From positions 43,774,001-43,838,000 of the forward strand of contig NC_086097.1 in assembly GCF_963921235.1 (NCBI RefSeq): 64,000 nt of DNA, read 5' to 3'. Position numbers and translations under genes: made by a program. The notes beneath the pieces are model-generated. The model had not been told where the DNA came from. It was given only the letters and a program-made list of their open reading frames with translations, and made no database searches. Shown here piece by piece: positions 1 to 12,090 of the stretch. Origin of the DNA: Mobula hypostoma (Eukaryota). How positions within the stretch are numbered: the first letter of the stretch is position 1; each line of letters starts with the position of its first letter.

Positions 1-162
1 CAGTATTGCTTTCATCTAATCATATTGAGATATTTCAAATCTTCCAAATAACAGAAGACATGGCTAAAAGAATTCACCTGGGCAGAGTCCAAGTTCATCT
101 CCAATTACTTTATTAATAAATTACCTCCGTCAAAAAAAACACAGCTGGGGATATTGGCTGAT

Positions 163-443
163 CTCACAACACGCTGGAGGAACTCAGCAGGTCGGGCAGC
201 ATCCATGGAAAAGATCGGTCGACGTTTCAGGCCTGAACCCTTCGTCATGACTGTACAAGGAAGGGGCAGAGGCCCTCCACCTTCTTTGTAGGCCCTCTGC
301 CCCTTCCCTCTACAGTCCTGACGAAGGGTTCCGGCCCGAAACGTCGACCAATCTTTTCCGCGGATGCTGCAGACCTGCTGAGTTCCTCCAGCGTGTTGTG
401 AGTGTTGCTTTGATCCCAGCATCTGCAGATTATTTTGTGTTTT
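163..443 (+). mobile_element. Penelope-derived fold-back element with hammerhead motif
   Basis: Inverted arms (163-~280 and ~290-402), 41-nt tail, perfect 13-bp TSD GATATTGGCTGAT (150-162 and 444-456). Confidence 0.8.
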
Positions 444-1439
444 GATATTGGCTGATGACAGTTCATTTTCCGCCCTCTAATAATGAGACAGTTTATAGCT
501 GCAACTCAGACTAAGTAGAATGAACCACATACAAGACTTAAGACAGAATTCTAGCACAAGTAATATTCATATCACACCAGCTACACCATTTACTAAAGCC
601 ACTGCCACACTTGCCTAGAACATTCTGGGGCACCTCCAATTTGTGCCATCTCAGTCATCTGCATCCTGTTCTTCACTTTAAATACTCATTCCTCCTCCAC
701 CACTGTTTCTTGGTCTACAAATGGCACAAAAGCAATCTGCCATAGCATCTTCAGTTGCCCATGTTAAACTGGTTACTGCTTGCTTTTGAGAAGGAAAAGG
801 ACAATCTATTTGGATTTGATCATCAGAGTTTAGAATTAATTTGATCTGTTTTTCCCTTGTTTGGGTAAGGCAGACAAAACATCCAGATATAATTCAATCA
901 CAGAGTTCTAAGAAATAAACTGATACAATGATATAAATACTAATTGAGTAATCAAAAGCCAGGAACGGTTTGATGCAAATGACAAACACAAAATGAGACA
1001 TAATTGAAAACAAATGCAAGACATTTTCCTTCAAAATACTATTAGTACTAGAATCAAACAAGACAGAATTTTATCCATCATTGACTTAAGACCATGGCTA
1101 TCATTTGGGGAGAGATCAAATAGACCAGGCTTCGATTCTCAACTGATCAAGATGGTGTCCTTCCACGTGCCAACACAATAGGCATGGACAAGATAAGATC
1201 ATTGGTTTTTGGAAAATACAGCAAGCCAAGGTAGTTCAACGGCATCATGCATTCAATAGTGTAATATAAAGCACAACTTAAAACCTGGATGGAAAAGAGA
1301 AATCTTTCTGTATTGGTTCCAATGTGTTTTTACACAGTAAAAGTTACTTTTCAGAAACATGAGAAAACAAAGCCAAATTAGTGAAATCCAGGATGCCCTC
1401 AAGAGTTTCCTTCACCACTCACCCCATGTGCGCACGCAC

Positions 1440-2251
1440 CGGTCGTGCATGCAGCCTGGTACAGCTGTTCCGATCTATTCTTTTACTTCCTTCTTCTTAC
1501 TTTTTAATTTACGTTATTTTTTGTATTTTTTTCCTCACAGTTACACGTCCAAGCTGCACCCTCTCTAATATGTTGGTAGAGAGAGTTTTATTTGGGTTTT
1601 CTTTAGCGCTGGAAATGGTTACATCCCAACACGCGGGACAGAAGCAAGGTCACATTGTGTATTCCACGGACCAGCAAATTCCGGTCGGCTTAGCGAACAG
1701 AGCGGCAGACACCCCTGCTGAAATCCGGAGGAAAACACACAGAGGATGCAGAGGGAGATCACAAAGCCGAGGAAACAGGACCGGGTCGAGACAACAGAGA
1801 CTTCTGGAGAAGAGGAGTTCGGTGGGTAATACCGTTCCGCCTGACCGGCAGTGCACCGAGAGCGGTAAGCGGCGTGAAGGAGTGGGGTGCTTACTGATCT
1901 GGCTAACAACGGATGGTGCAATCCGGGGTATATTACGATCGAGGAACGTGTTTGCAGACTGGATATTGAACTTTTTACTGTTGGACTTCGGCCACATCCC
2001 ACCGTGATACAACACTTGGCGGCCCGGAAGGTCGTTCCTGTCTGTGGCCATCGAATGTGCAGCTCCTCCCGTGGACGCTTGAGCCAATGGACTGGTCCTG
2101 GACTTTTTTTCCATCTGGCGTAGTTTTGCATTTTGTTGTTTGATTGTTGGGGTTTTTTTGTATTGCTATATTTATGCTCTACTCTTGGTTGGTGTGGCTG
2201 TAATGAAACCAAATTTCCCTTGGGATTAATAAGGTATATCTATCTATCTAT
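1440..2251 (+). mobile_element. Internally deleted Rex1/Babar-type LINE
   Basis: Endonuclease-like peptide NNGWCNPGYITIEERVCRLDIELFTVGLRP joined directly to the 3' tail AAATTTCCCTTGGGATTAATAAGG(TATC)n; no RT domain. 5' boundary approximate. Confidence 0.6.
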
Positions 2252-3063
2252 TCCAAGAAGAGTACTGCTCTCATTGCTGTTATATTGAAATATTTTGGAC
2301 TTGATCACCAATAATTATTTCAATGTGGTAGACATAGTTGAAAGAGTTCATCAGAGTAGAGTCACAAAAAGAATAACGTAGTTAAAGCAGGAAACTTCAG
2401 TGAAATATTGACTGATGAAGTATGGAACAAGTATCAATATCTTAAGGAACTCCACTATTTTTTAGAATTACAAGTTTTATTGGGGGGGGGAGGAGAGAAG
2501 AAAACCACATTTGCCTGTCCATCGACATCAAATCATTTAGGAGTTTCTTAAGCCTAACAGCGAGCCACATTGAGCGAGATAAATAACACTGATGGAATTA
2601 GGAAAGATTACATGTAGAGATCAGACCAATGGTCATTTGGTTTCTCACTGACATAGATCACCCTTGACAAACGATTAATTTTGGCGCAGAGATGCACTAA
2701 GGGGAGCTTGTGTGGAGTAATCTAACCGGCGTAGATCACTCTGTCGAATGGCTTCCTTTAGCGTGTCAGATTCCAGGTGATTACGACGGAAAACCAAAAT
2801 TGATAAAGAAATACTCTATCAACATTCACAATACGGTTTCAAAAATTATTCTGTAACTCGTTCCTGCGCCAAATGAAACTGTAAATCTATGAACAGGGCG
2901 ACAAAGTTTGGGGCTGCAGTAACAAGGAACTCGCAAGCGTTCTCTAGCAACGCAGACGTGCAAGGCTGCACTCCCCTGAAACACTGCTGGCCACATCCAC
3001 ACCAGCCCGTGCTAACCGCTCCAAAGGCGCGAGGGCCGCCGTCTCCTAGCATTCAATCTTTAC

Positions 3064-3132
3064 CTCGTATTCGGCATTTTCCTGTCCGTCCTTTGCGCCG
3101 CTTTTCCCACTTTTTCCACTTTTAGATGACTC
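3064..3132 (-). CDS. ppp2r5c: PP2A regulatory subunit B56-gamma, coding exon 2 (ESSKSGKSGKSGAKDGQENAEYE)
   Basis: 69-nt exon bounded by acceptor ctttcacttAG and donor GTAAAG, in phase 0 with exon 1 across a 400-nt intron. The translation resembles the recalled human segment [22 protein letters not shown]. I found no further exons in the window. Confidence 0.85.
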
Positions 3133-3532
3133 CTAAGTGAAAGATGCGGAAATCAATCAGTCCGGGGAGCCGCGGAATCAGAAGGCCGAGCAGAGTCACT
3201 CCCTGGCTATCGGCCGTATCTCTGCGGTGACCGGCACTGCTATGTCCCCTCCCTCCTGCAACGGCCGCGGACAAATCTCATCAAACATGCTGCAGCCACT
3301 CCGGCGACAGCCTGGCCAACGTCCAACCGTGGGCAACGCAACGGAACGGGCCGAGGCCCATCGGCCCCTCGCCTCCCTCCCCTCCCGGTTGGGCTGTGGG
3401 AAGAGGAGGGGGTGCAACCGCCACTCCAACCCGCCCGTCCCAACTCCTTCCCCCCGTCCGGTCCGAGCGACAGGGGAGACGCACTCCATTATGCCCCCAA
3501 GTGATGCCCATTGGGCCTGCGGTGCTCCTCAC

Positions 3533-3559
3533 CTTCTCTTTCTTGTTTTTATTCGGCAT
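3533..3559 (-). CDS. ppp2r5c: PP2A regulatory subunit B56-gamma, coding exon 1 (MPNKNKKEK)
   Basis: ATG CCG AAT AAA AAC AAG AAA GAG AAG followed by donor GTGAG. The peptide matches my recollection of the N-terminus of the long vertebrate PPP2R5C isoform; it lies in a CpG island; PPP2R5C is the known downstream neighbour of DIO3 on the same strand. Confidence 0.88.
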
Positions 3560-4039
3560 TTCGAGCCCGGCCCGACTCGGACCGCCGCCAGCTTGCGCTC
3601 GATCGCGAGCCACCGTTTCCTGCTCGCAGCCGCTCGCACGGTGCCAGCCAGGGCCGCCTGCTCATGCTGTCCTCCCACTGGCTGCTCGGCCACACGTGAC
3701 CGAGCGCCCGGCACGCAACAACAGATCGGAGCGCGGGCACTTCGAGTCATTTTGATTCCGCTTGTAAGTAGACTACTTTCTTTTGGGCGTAGCATCAAGT
3801 TGCTGAGATTACTGAAAAACTGTGCGTTTTAGAAGACAAAATAAATGAACAAACGTCCAGAGACACCAGATGCTGGCATCTGGAACCAATATCTCCGGAA
3901 TCTCTTCAGTCCCGATGAGGAGTCTCAGCCTGTTTTAACTCTTTTCCATGGACGCTGCCTGGCCTGCTGAGCTCCTCCAGCATTTTCTGTGTGTTTCTAC
4001 AGAATCTCTTCTGATTACAACAAATATTCTTTCCGAGGA

Positions 4040-4317
4040 ACACACACAAAATGCTGGAGGAACTCAGCAGGCCAGGCAGCATCCAGGAAAAGAATACAGT
4101 CAACGTTTCGGGCCGAGACCCTTCGACTTCGACGAAGGGTCTCGGCTAGAAACGTCGACTAAGTCCTGCCGAAGGGTCTCGGTCCGAAACGTTTTTGAGT
4201 TCTGCCGAAACGTCGACTGTCCTCTTTTCCTAGATGCTGCCCGGCCTGCTGAGTTCCTCCAGCATTTTGTGTGTGTTGCTCGTGTTTCCAGCATCTACAG
4301 ATTTTCTCCTGTTTGTG
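4040..4317 (+). mobile_element. Penelope-derived fold-back element with tandem degenerate hammerhead units
   Basis: Inverted arms plus ~40-nt tail; TSD ATTCTTTCCG[A/C]GGA at 4026-4039 and 4318-4331. Confidence 0.75.
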
Positions 4318-6696
4318 ATTCTTTCCGCGGATCGAACAGGACTGAGCAGCATCTGTGTGTGTGGAGAGGTGAGGAGGAATTGTTGACGTTTTGGGTCGAA
4401 ACACCATTTTCTTTCTCTCCCATTCTCTCCTTTCTTCTCTCTCTCTTTCACACACACACTCACACTCATTCTGTTCACCCCGCTCATTTCATTGTTTGCC
4501 GAACAAGTATCTGAAGAGGAGTATGCAGTGTGCGCCCCAAAGGACTTACATTTAGGGCCTTTATTTTCGCACTTGAATGGCCCGCGTGTTGATTTATGGA
4601 CAGTAGCTGTGAAAACCTGCACATGATTGAAACTTTAACGAGAAAGATTTCTGCAGATTTAAAAAGGACATAAATTAAAATCTGTAATTAAAAGCAGAAA
4701 ATGCTGGCAACATCTGTAGAAAATTCAGTTTCTGGTCGAAAACTTTATCAGAACTGGGAAAGAGTGAAAGGAAAAATATTTGTTAGAAGTTGCAGAGAAG
4801 ATGGGGAAGGAAGGAATAGAACAAAAGGAATGTCTCCGATAGAGTAACAGATTTCCGGGGATAATGATAAATATCTGGGAAATACAGTACTCAGTACGTT
4901 AAGTGGCAACTGTGGAAGACGAAACATTTGACGTTTCAAATCTGGAACCCTTCATCAGAACTGGAATAAGTTGTCCTTCAATCAAACGGGTTACAGGAGA
5001 AGCCTCGCCGTCCAGTGTGGTCTTCCAGACTCATTTTAAAATTCTGTAAATTAAAACGTGTTCAGATAGATTTATTAGGCTATTTATTTGATATTTCCTG
5101 CATCTTCAGTTTCCCCCCCAGGTAACTCACTTTCCCTATCTGAATCAGAATTAGTAATTTCTCCCACACCAATTTGTGATATTGGCTCTCCATTAACACA
5201 GTTTGGCTAGCCGGGCATGCCTCATAAATTTCCAGCATCTGCAGATTTTCTCGTGTCCTCGTGTTATGCTTCTTTGTTTGCGTCAGCTTTCGGCACCAAC
5301 TGTCCAATTAACCGATATGACTGAACGACTTCTGTAATTGAACACCAAGGCATCGCGCTAATACAGACATTTCCTTTTAGGTTGATTGTCGGGCTACTAG
5401 TCTTGCGTAACTGTTGGAAGTTAAATGTGTCCATGAGGCGTATCCTATTCATTTTGTTTTCAACTTCTCTCTACTCAGCTAGTCGCAGACTTTTACGCGG
5501 GCGCATTGAAAAGCGGAAGTCGGAGTCGAGCTTGAAGATAGATTCCAGCGCACCGATCTTTCGCTCTGCTGCTGAACTCTTATAGCTAAGTATTGACGTG
5601 CTTCTGCATTTTGTATTCGGGCCCTCAGCTTAATGTGAAGTGGCTGAACTATTCATTTTTGAGTGAACGGCTAGGAGAGCGCTTACTGTGAAGAGAAGGC
5701 TTGTTTTTAATTATTTTTGCTATCATTTAAAGTGTGTTTATTTTCAAAATTCTTAATACCTATTTGTACAGTTTTAACTACCTCTGACAATCATAAAGAA
5801 TTATGTATCGTGATAAGATTTTCAATATCATTAGTTGAGAATTTGTTGCTTTTGGTGAAGGATATTTGCTTCAGTAAGCAGCATCACTAAGGACCCTGGA
5901 GAACATAGTCCTGGTGTTTAAGATGCCACTGCTTGAGGGAGATGCAACACAGTGGTTCAAAGTGAAGAAAATGGGGCTCTGTAGTAGACCAGTTAAAATG
6001 GCAGGCAGTGATCATGATGGATAAGCCTAAGGCAAAAGTTAAATCTGATTCCTCCTTGGTATATGCTAAAATACAATGGAGGTCTATAAGACAAAGTGTT
6101 GTTGGCTTGGAGAGGGATTGTAAAGAAAGTACAGGAGAACCAGTCCACAGCAATGTTTTGAGAAAGTTAAGGGAATACAAGTCTATAGCCATAACAGTGG
6201 AAGATGTGAAAAACATGTTTTTCATGGGAAGGGGACATCATTGTGCAGGTGCAGGTACCAAATGCACGGAAAACTATCAGTATAAAGGATTTTGAAGGGT
6301 ATAAAAAAGGGCGCGCTCTCTTTTTTTTTGGTGTAAGAGGAGAGAGTTTTGTCCTAAGCTAGGTCATGGCTGGTGATTACTGCTGAGGAACAGAACGTCG
6401 AGAGAGTCAGACAATGTCCAGTTGGATTTAGACTTAAAGAGAGAGGAGAGGCTGCGTGGGAGCATTCCAGATCAGCTCATTTAGAGGATGATAAATATTA
6501 TTTTGATTTATGTACTGCTATTACTTACTGCTGGAGAGATTTGTTTTTACTTCCATATTGCATTTGTTCTAGTTCTAATAAAGTGTTTTCTGGCAGACTT
6601 GAACATAAGTGTCCTCTCTTTTGTTTGCCAATACAAATGCAAATACTCTGAGCTGAACCAGGAAAGAACTCATAAGGAATTTAAAAATATTTTTCC

Positions 6697-7561
6697 TTGT
6701 CATCTTCAGAAGTTTTCTGATGACTCTGCCATAGTTGGATGCATCAGCAAGGGAGATGAATGAGGCTGAGTACAGGGCTACCGTAGGAAATTTTGTCACA
6801 TGGTGTGAGCAGAATTATCTGCAGCTTAATGTGAAAAAGACTAAGGAGCTGGTGGTAGACCTGAGGAGAGCTAAGGTACTGGTGACCCCTGTTTCCATCC
6901 AGGGGGTCAGTGTGGACATGGTGGAGGATTACAAATACCTGGGAATACGAATTGACAATAAACTGGACTGGTCAAAGATCACTGAGGCTGTCTACAAGAA
7001 GAGTCAGAGCTGTCTCTATTTCCTGAGGAGACTGAGGTCCTTTAACATCTGCCGGACGATGCTGAGGATAGTCTGTAGTGGCCAGTGCGATCATGTTTGC
7101 TGTTGTGTGCTGGGGCAGCAGGCTGAGGGTAGTAGACACCAACAGAATCAACAAACTCATTCATAAGGCCAGTGATATTGTGGGGATGGAACTGGACTCT
7201 CTCACGGTGGTGTCTGAAAAGAGGATGCTGTCCAAGTTGCATGCCATCTTGGACAATGTCTCCCATCCACTACATAATGTACTGGTTGGGCACAGGAGTA
7301 CATTCAGCCAGAGACTCATTCCACCGAGATGCAACACAGAGCGTCATAGGAAGTCATGCTTGCCTGTGGCCATCAAACTTTACAACTCCTCCCTTGGAGG
7401 GTCAGACACTCTGAGCCAATAGGCTGGTCCTGGACTTATCTACTGGCGTAATTTACATATTACTATTTAACTATTTATGGTTTTATTACTATTTAATTAT
7501 TTATGGTGCAACTGTAACAAAAACCAATTTCCCCCGGGATCAATAAAGTATGACTATGACT
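6697..7561 (+). mobile_element. 5'-truncated Rex1/Babar-type LINE (RT C-terminal half)
   Basis: HLQKFSDDSAIVGCI, WCEQNYLQLNVKKTKELVVD, YKYLGIRIDNKLDW with frameshifts; tail AATTTCCCCCGGGATCAATAAAG(TATGAC)n. Confidence 0.85.
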
Positions 7562-7964
7562 TTACAATAAGTCAGTGGACTTGTAAGATATGAGTGGGAT
7601 CAGCTACTTGCCCCGTGTGTGGGATGATTAGAAATGTTCTTGTGTGAGAACGATGTCCCACAGAGAAATATGGCCCAGTGGAAGGAGAGGAAGATGAGGA
7701 ACCAGCTGAGGCATTAGTGAGTTCACTGGTGCTGTGAGCTATATATGTGATTTCAGACGAAGGTACATTCTAATCCTGCTTAATGAGAGATGAGATTTTT
7801 ATGAATGACAATCAGAGGAAGCAGTTGGTAAGTACTTGGTCAAAACTGAAAACATGTGGGGGAAAAAGGAATTTTCTAATTGGTTTAGATTGGATGTTAA
7901 AGAGTCACTTAGTGAAAACCAAAAAGACTTATGCTGATTAATCATTTGAACACTTGCAAATAAT

Positions 7965-8635
7965 TTGGGGGGCATCCACTGTATCCAGTGCTCCCAATGC
8001 AGTCTCCTCTACATTGTGAGGCCTGATGTAGATTGGAGGACAGCTTTGTTGAGCACCTTTGCTCCATCCTCAACAAGCAGGATTTTCTAGTGGTCAATCA
8101 TTTTAATTCTACTCCCCATTCCATATTGGTCCATGGTCTCCTGTACTGCCATGATGAGGCCACTCTTATGTTGGAGGAGAAGCACCTTCTGAGTAGCTTC
8201 CAACATGTTGGAACATTAATTTGTCTAACTTCTGGTAATTTCCCCCTTCACCCTTCCCTGTTCTTCATACTCCCATTCTGGCCTTCTTCTTACCTCTTCT
8301 CTCACCTGCCTATCACCTACCCGTGGTGCCCCTCCTTCTTCCCCTTCTCCCATGGTCCATTCTCCTCTTCTATCAGATTGCTTCTTCTTCAGCCCTTTTA
8401 CCTTTTCCACCTATCGATTCCCAGCTTCTCACCATCCCCTTCCCCAACTACCTGGCTTCACTTATCACTTTCTGGCTTATACTCCTATTCCTCCCTCCTT
8501 AGTCTGGTTTCTTCCCCCTTCATTTTCAGTCCTGATGAAAGGTCTCGGCCTGAAAAGTTGACTGCTTATTCCTTTCCATGGATGCTGTCTTACCTGCTGA
8601 GCTTCTCCAGCACTTTTGTGCGTGCTACTCGTGTT
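7965..8635 (+). mobile_element. Degenerate Penelope-like element 3' part
   Basis: Decayed GIY-YIG peptide (FVEHLCSI...VVNHFNS...HGLLYCHDEATLMLEEKHL), pyrimidine-rich UTR and a mutated hammerhead motif at ~8528-8563. Confidence 0.75.
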
Positions 8636-9103
8636 GATCAAATCTGTACTAAAAGCATAAAATATTGGAAACACTCCACAGGTCAGACATTATTTGTGGA
8701 AAGAGAAATGGTTAACATTTTGGGTCTATGATCCTTCATCAGAAAGCCAAAATCACATTTATGTAGACCAGAAGATAAGAAGGTTTAAGCCTCCCTGTCT
8801 GAAAGACTTGAATGAACAGTCTAAAGATTGTGCAGAATGGCTTCCAGTATGGAGGTGGGTTCAAAAAAGAGAAGAAATTTCACTCAGGATACATTTCCAA
8901 AGAGCTACCCGGGATAAAAGTCCACTTAAATAATAATCTAGTATTGTTGACATCTTAGGAGTCAAGCCATTTGGATGCTCAAGTAAACCAGTGTGTTGCA
9001 CGAAGTGGCCAGTTAAAGGTGGCCTGATGCTGTAATTGTTGCAGGGTAAAGGATATTTCTCATAGGAGAAAATCTCTAAAGAAAAATACAATCAATAAAT
9101 GCT

Positions 9104-9439
9104 AACACGAGGAAATCTGCAGATGTTGGAAATTCAAGCAACACACATAGAAGTTGCTGGTGAACGCAGCAGGCCAGGCAGCATCTCTAGGAAGAGGTAC
9201 AGTCGACGTTTTGGACTGAGACCCTTCGTCAGGACTAACTGAAGGAAGAGTTAGTAAGGGATTTGAAAGTGGGAGGGGGAGGGGGAGATCTGAAATGATA
9301 GGAGAAGACAGGAGGGGGAGGGATGGAGCCAAGAGCCGGACAGTTGATTGGCAAAAGGGATATGAGAGGATCATGGGACAGGAGGCCGAGGGAGAAAGAA
9401 AAGGGGGAGGGGGGGAAGCTCAGAGGATGGGCAAGGGGT
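9104..9439 (-). mobile_element. 5'-truncated Penelope-like element (young subfamily)
   Basis: Near-identical to copies at 28.5, 43.2 and 44.5 kb; perfect 13-bp TSD ATCAATAAATGCT (9091-9103 and 9440-9452). Confidence 0.85.
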
Positions 9440-9639
9440 ATCAATAAATGCTCCTGCTTGCCTCTTTCATAAGGAGGTAAGAGTAGGAATTGTTCTGCTT
9501 TGGTATTGTGCATACAGAAAAATTAGGTCATGAGGAAGTGTTGATGGGAAAGTTGAGCAAGGAGGGTGATTAAGAGGACAAAACATATAAAGCCATCTCA
9601 TTGAGGAAGTGACTAGAAGCGTGCACATTAATTCTTCAA

Positions 9640-10487
9640 TGTCAGATGGAATACAGTGTTAGGAAGTGTATGGTCATGTACTTTGGTAGAAGAAATGAAA
9701 GGGTAGGCTATTTTCCAAATGGCAAGAAAATACGAAAAACTGAGGTACGAAGAGACTTGGGAGTCTTCATGCAGGATTCCCTAAAGATTAATTTGCAGGC
9801 TGAATCTGCGGTGAGAAAGGCAAATGTGATGTTAGCATTCATTTCAAGAAGCATAGAATATAAAAGCAAGGATGTAATGTTGAGACTTTATAAAACACTG
9901 GTGAGGCCTCACTTGGAGTATTGTGGGCAGGTCTGGGCCCCTTATCTTAGAAAGAATGTGCTGAAACTGGAGAAGGTTCAAAGGGGGTTCACAAAAATGA
10001 TTCCAGGATTGAATGGCTTGTCATGTAAGAGTGTTTGATGGCTCTGGGCCTGTTTTCACGAGAATTTAGAAGAATGAGAGGTGACCTCGTTGAAACCTAT
10101 TGAATGGTGAAAGGCCTTGACAGAGTGGATGTGGAGAGGATGTTTCCTATAGTGGGAGAGTCTAAGAGCAGTGGACACAGACTCAGAATAGAGGGACATC
10201 CTTTTAGAATGGAAATAAGGAGGAATTTCTTTAGCCAGAGAGTGGTGAGTCTGCAGAATTCATTGCCACAGGCAGCTGTGGAAGTCAAGTCTTTATGTAT
10301 ATTCAAAGCAAAAGTTGATAGATTCTTGATGAGTCAGGGCATGAAAAGATATTGGGGAAGGCAGGATATTGGGGCTGGAAAAATGGATTGGAGAGGAAAA
10401 ATGGATCAGCCATGATGAAATAGCGGAGCAGACTCGATGGGCTAAATGACCTAATTCTGCTCCTATATCTTATGGTCTTATGGTCTA
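9640..10487 (+). mobile_element. CR1 LINE 3' fragment
   Basis: LYKTLVRPHLEYC..VWAPYLRK..LEKVQRGFTKMIPGL and RRNFFSQRVV; (TATGGTCT)n tail. Confidence 0.9.
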
Positions 10488-10829
10488 AAGTCAGTCTGTT
10501 AGCTGAAATGCTATGCCCTTAAAATGCATCTACAATTTTCCATTCTTCCCCTCCTCCAATCAAGGTTGGTTTGTTAATGGAGATAGTTAGGCTCAGTTGC
10601 TTTTTGTAATTCTGGGTATACCAGGTGATCATGGGTACACATTGGATTGAGTCATTATTTGAAGGATTATGTTTTTGGGAGGGTCATAGCATTGGACAGA
10701 GAAGAGGTCCAGAGACCACGTATGCTTTGATGTACCGCGGCTCTGCCCAAATTGACTGCTAGTCAGGATTAAGAAGCTATGTAGCCAATTCCTGCTTCTG
10801 TTTCGTAATGTTCTTGTATTCCTAAAATA

Positions 10830-12090
10830 TCAAGTTAAGTCCAAGCTTATTATCATCTGACAATACATAACCAAATGAAACAACTTTCTTCTGAACCATG
10901 GTGTACCCACAAGACATATATCATACACAGCATATAAAACAAAATATTACCACGAATAAGTTAATAAAATATTATTCAGAGAGCATGTGAAGCGCGTAGC
11001 ACAGGTTAAAAGTAGAGTAAACAACTTGCTGGCCGAGTGATGAGACCTTGGTGGTGGCAGGACACTCATTAGTCTCCTAGCCTTGGGGAAGAAACTGTCA
11101 CCCGGTCTGGCAGTTCTAGCCTTCATGCTCCTGTACCTCCTGGTTGACAGTCGTGGGTCAAAGAAATTGTAGGATGGGTGGTAGGGATCCTCGACTGTGC
11201 TTCAGGTCCTTCATATACAACGCTCCTGGTAAATGTCACAAAAAGGGGTGGGGGGGGGGAGACCCTGGTGATCCAGAAGAATGAGAGGAGATCTTATAGA
11301 AACATATAAAATTATGAAAGGGAAATATAAGATAGAGGTGGGAAAGTTGTTTCCACTGGTAGGTGAGACTAGAACTAGGGGACATAGCCTTAAGATTTGG
11401 GGGAGCAGATTTAGGATGTTGATGAGAAGGAACTGCTTTTCCCAGAGAGTGGTGAATCTGTGTAATTCTCTGCCCAATGAAGCAGTGGAGGCTACCTCAG
11501 TAAATATATTTAAGACAAGGTTGGATAGATTTTTGCATAGTAGGGGAATTAAGGGTTATGAGGAAAAGGTAGGTGGATATGAGTCCATGGCCAGATCAGC
11601 CATGATCTTATTGAATGGAGAAGCAGGCTCGATATGCCAGATGGCCTACTCTTGCTCTTATTTCTTATGTTCTCATCCTGTGGCCGGATTTTACTATCCT
11701 CTGTAAGTTGTTTTGGTCTGATGCTTTACAGCTTCCATACCACACAATGATATGGACAGACAGGACGGTCTCAGAGGTGTTCTTGTAGAAAGTTGTTAGA
11801 GTGGGGCTGGGGAGCCTAGCATATTTCAATCTCATCAGAAAGTGCAGATGCTGCTGTGCCTTCTTGACTAATGAGGAGTGGTTGTGGGTCCAGGTTAGAT
11901 CATCTGTAATGTGCTCACCAAGGAACTTTGTGCTCTTCACTGTCTCCATGGCAAAGCCATAGAGTACTATGGAGAGTGGTCAACCTGTACCTTCCTGGTC
12001 TACAATCAGCTCTTTTGTCCATGCTGAGACTCAGATTGTTGTTCTCACACCATTTGATAAGCCTCTCAACCTCCTCTGTATGTCTATTCA
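10830..12090 (-). mobile_element. Decayed Rex/L2-group LINE interrupted by a CR1 insertion
   Basis: TKFLGEHITDDLTWTHN..LVKKAQQHLHFLMRLK peptide at 11665-11949; the 3' part continues left of the CR1 insert. Confidence 0.65.
11275..11673 (+). mobile_element. CR1 LINE 3' fragment (nested)
   Basis: MRGDLIETYKIMKG...TRGHSLKI...RRNCFSQRVVNLCNSLP; TTCTTATGTTCT tail. Confidence 0.9.

Larger units (their letters stand above)
2900..3800. promoter_or_regulatory. CpG island / ppp2r5c promoter and 5' exons
   Basis: High GC and dense CpG compared with the CpG-depleted background; E-box CACGTGAC at 3693-3700. Confidence 0.8.

Noticed and set aside
3137..3832. 231-aa plus-strand ORF and other overlapping ORFs in the CpG island
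   Set aside because: GC-rich, stop-poor sequence with no recognisable domain; the real coding signal is two small minus-strand exons.
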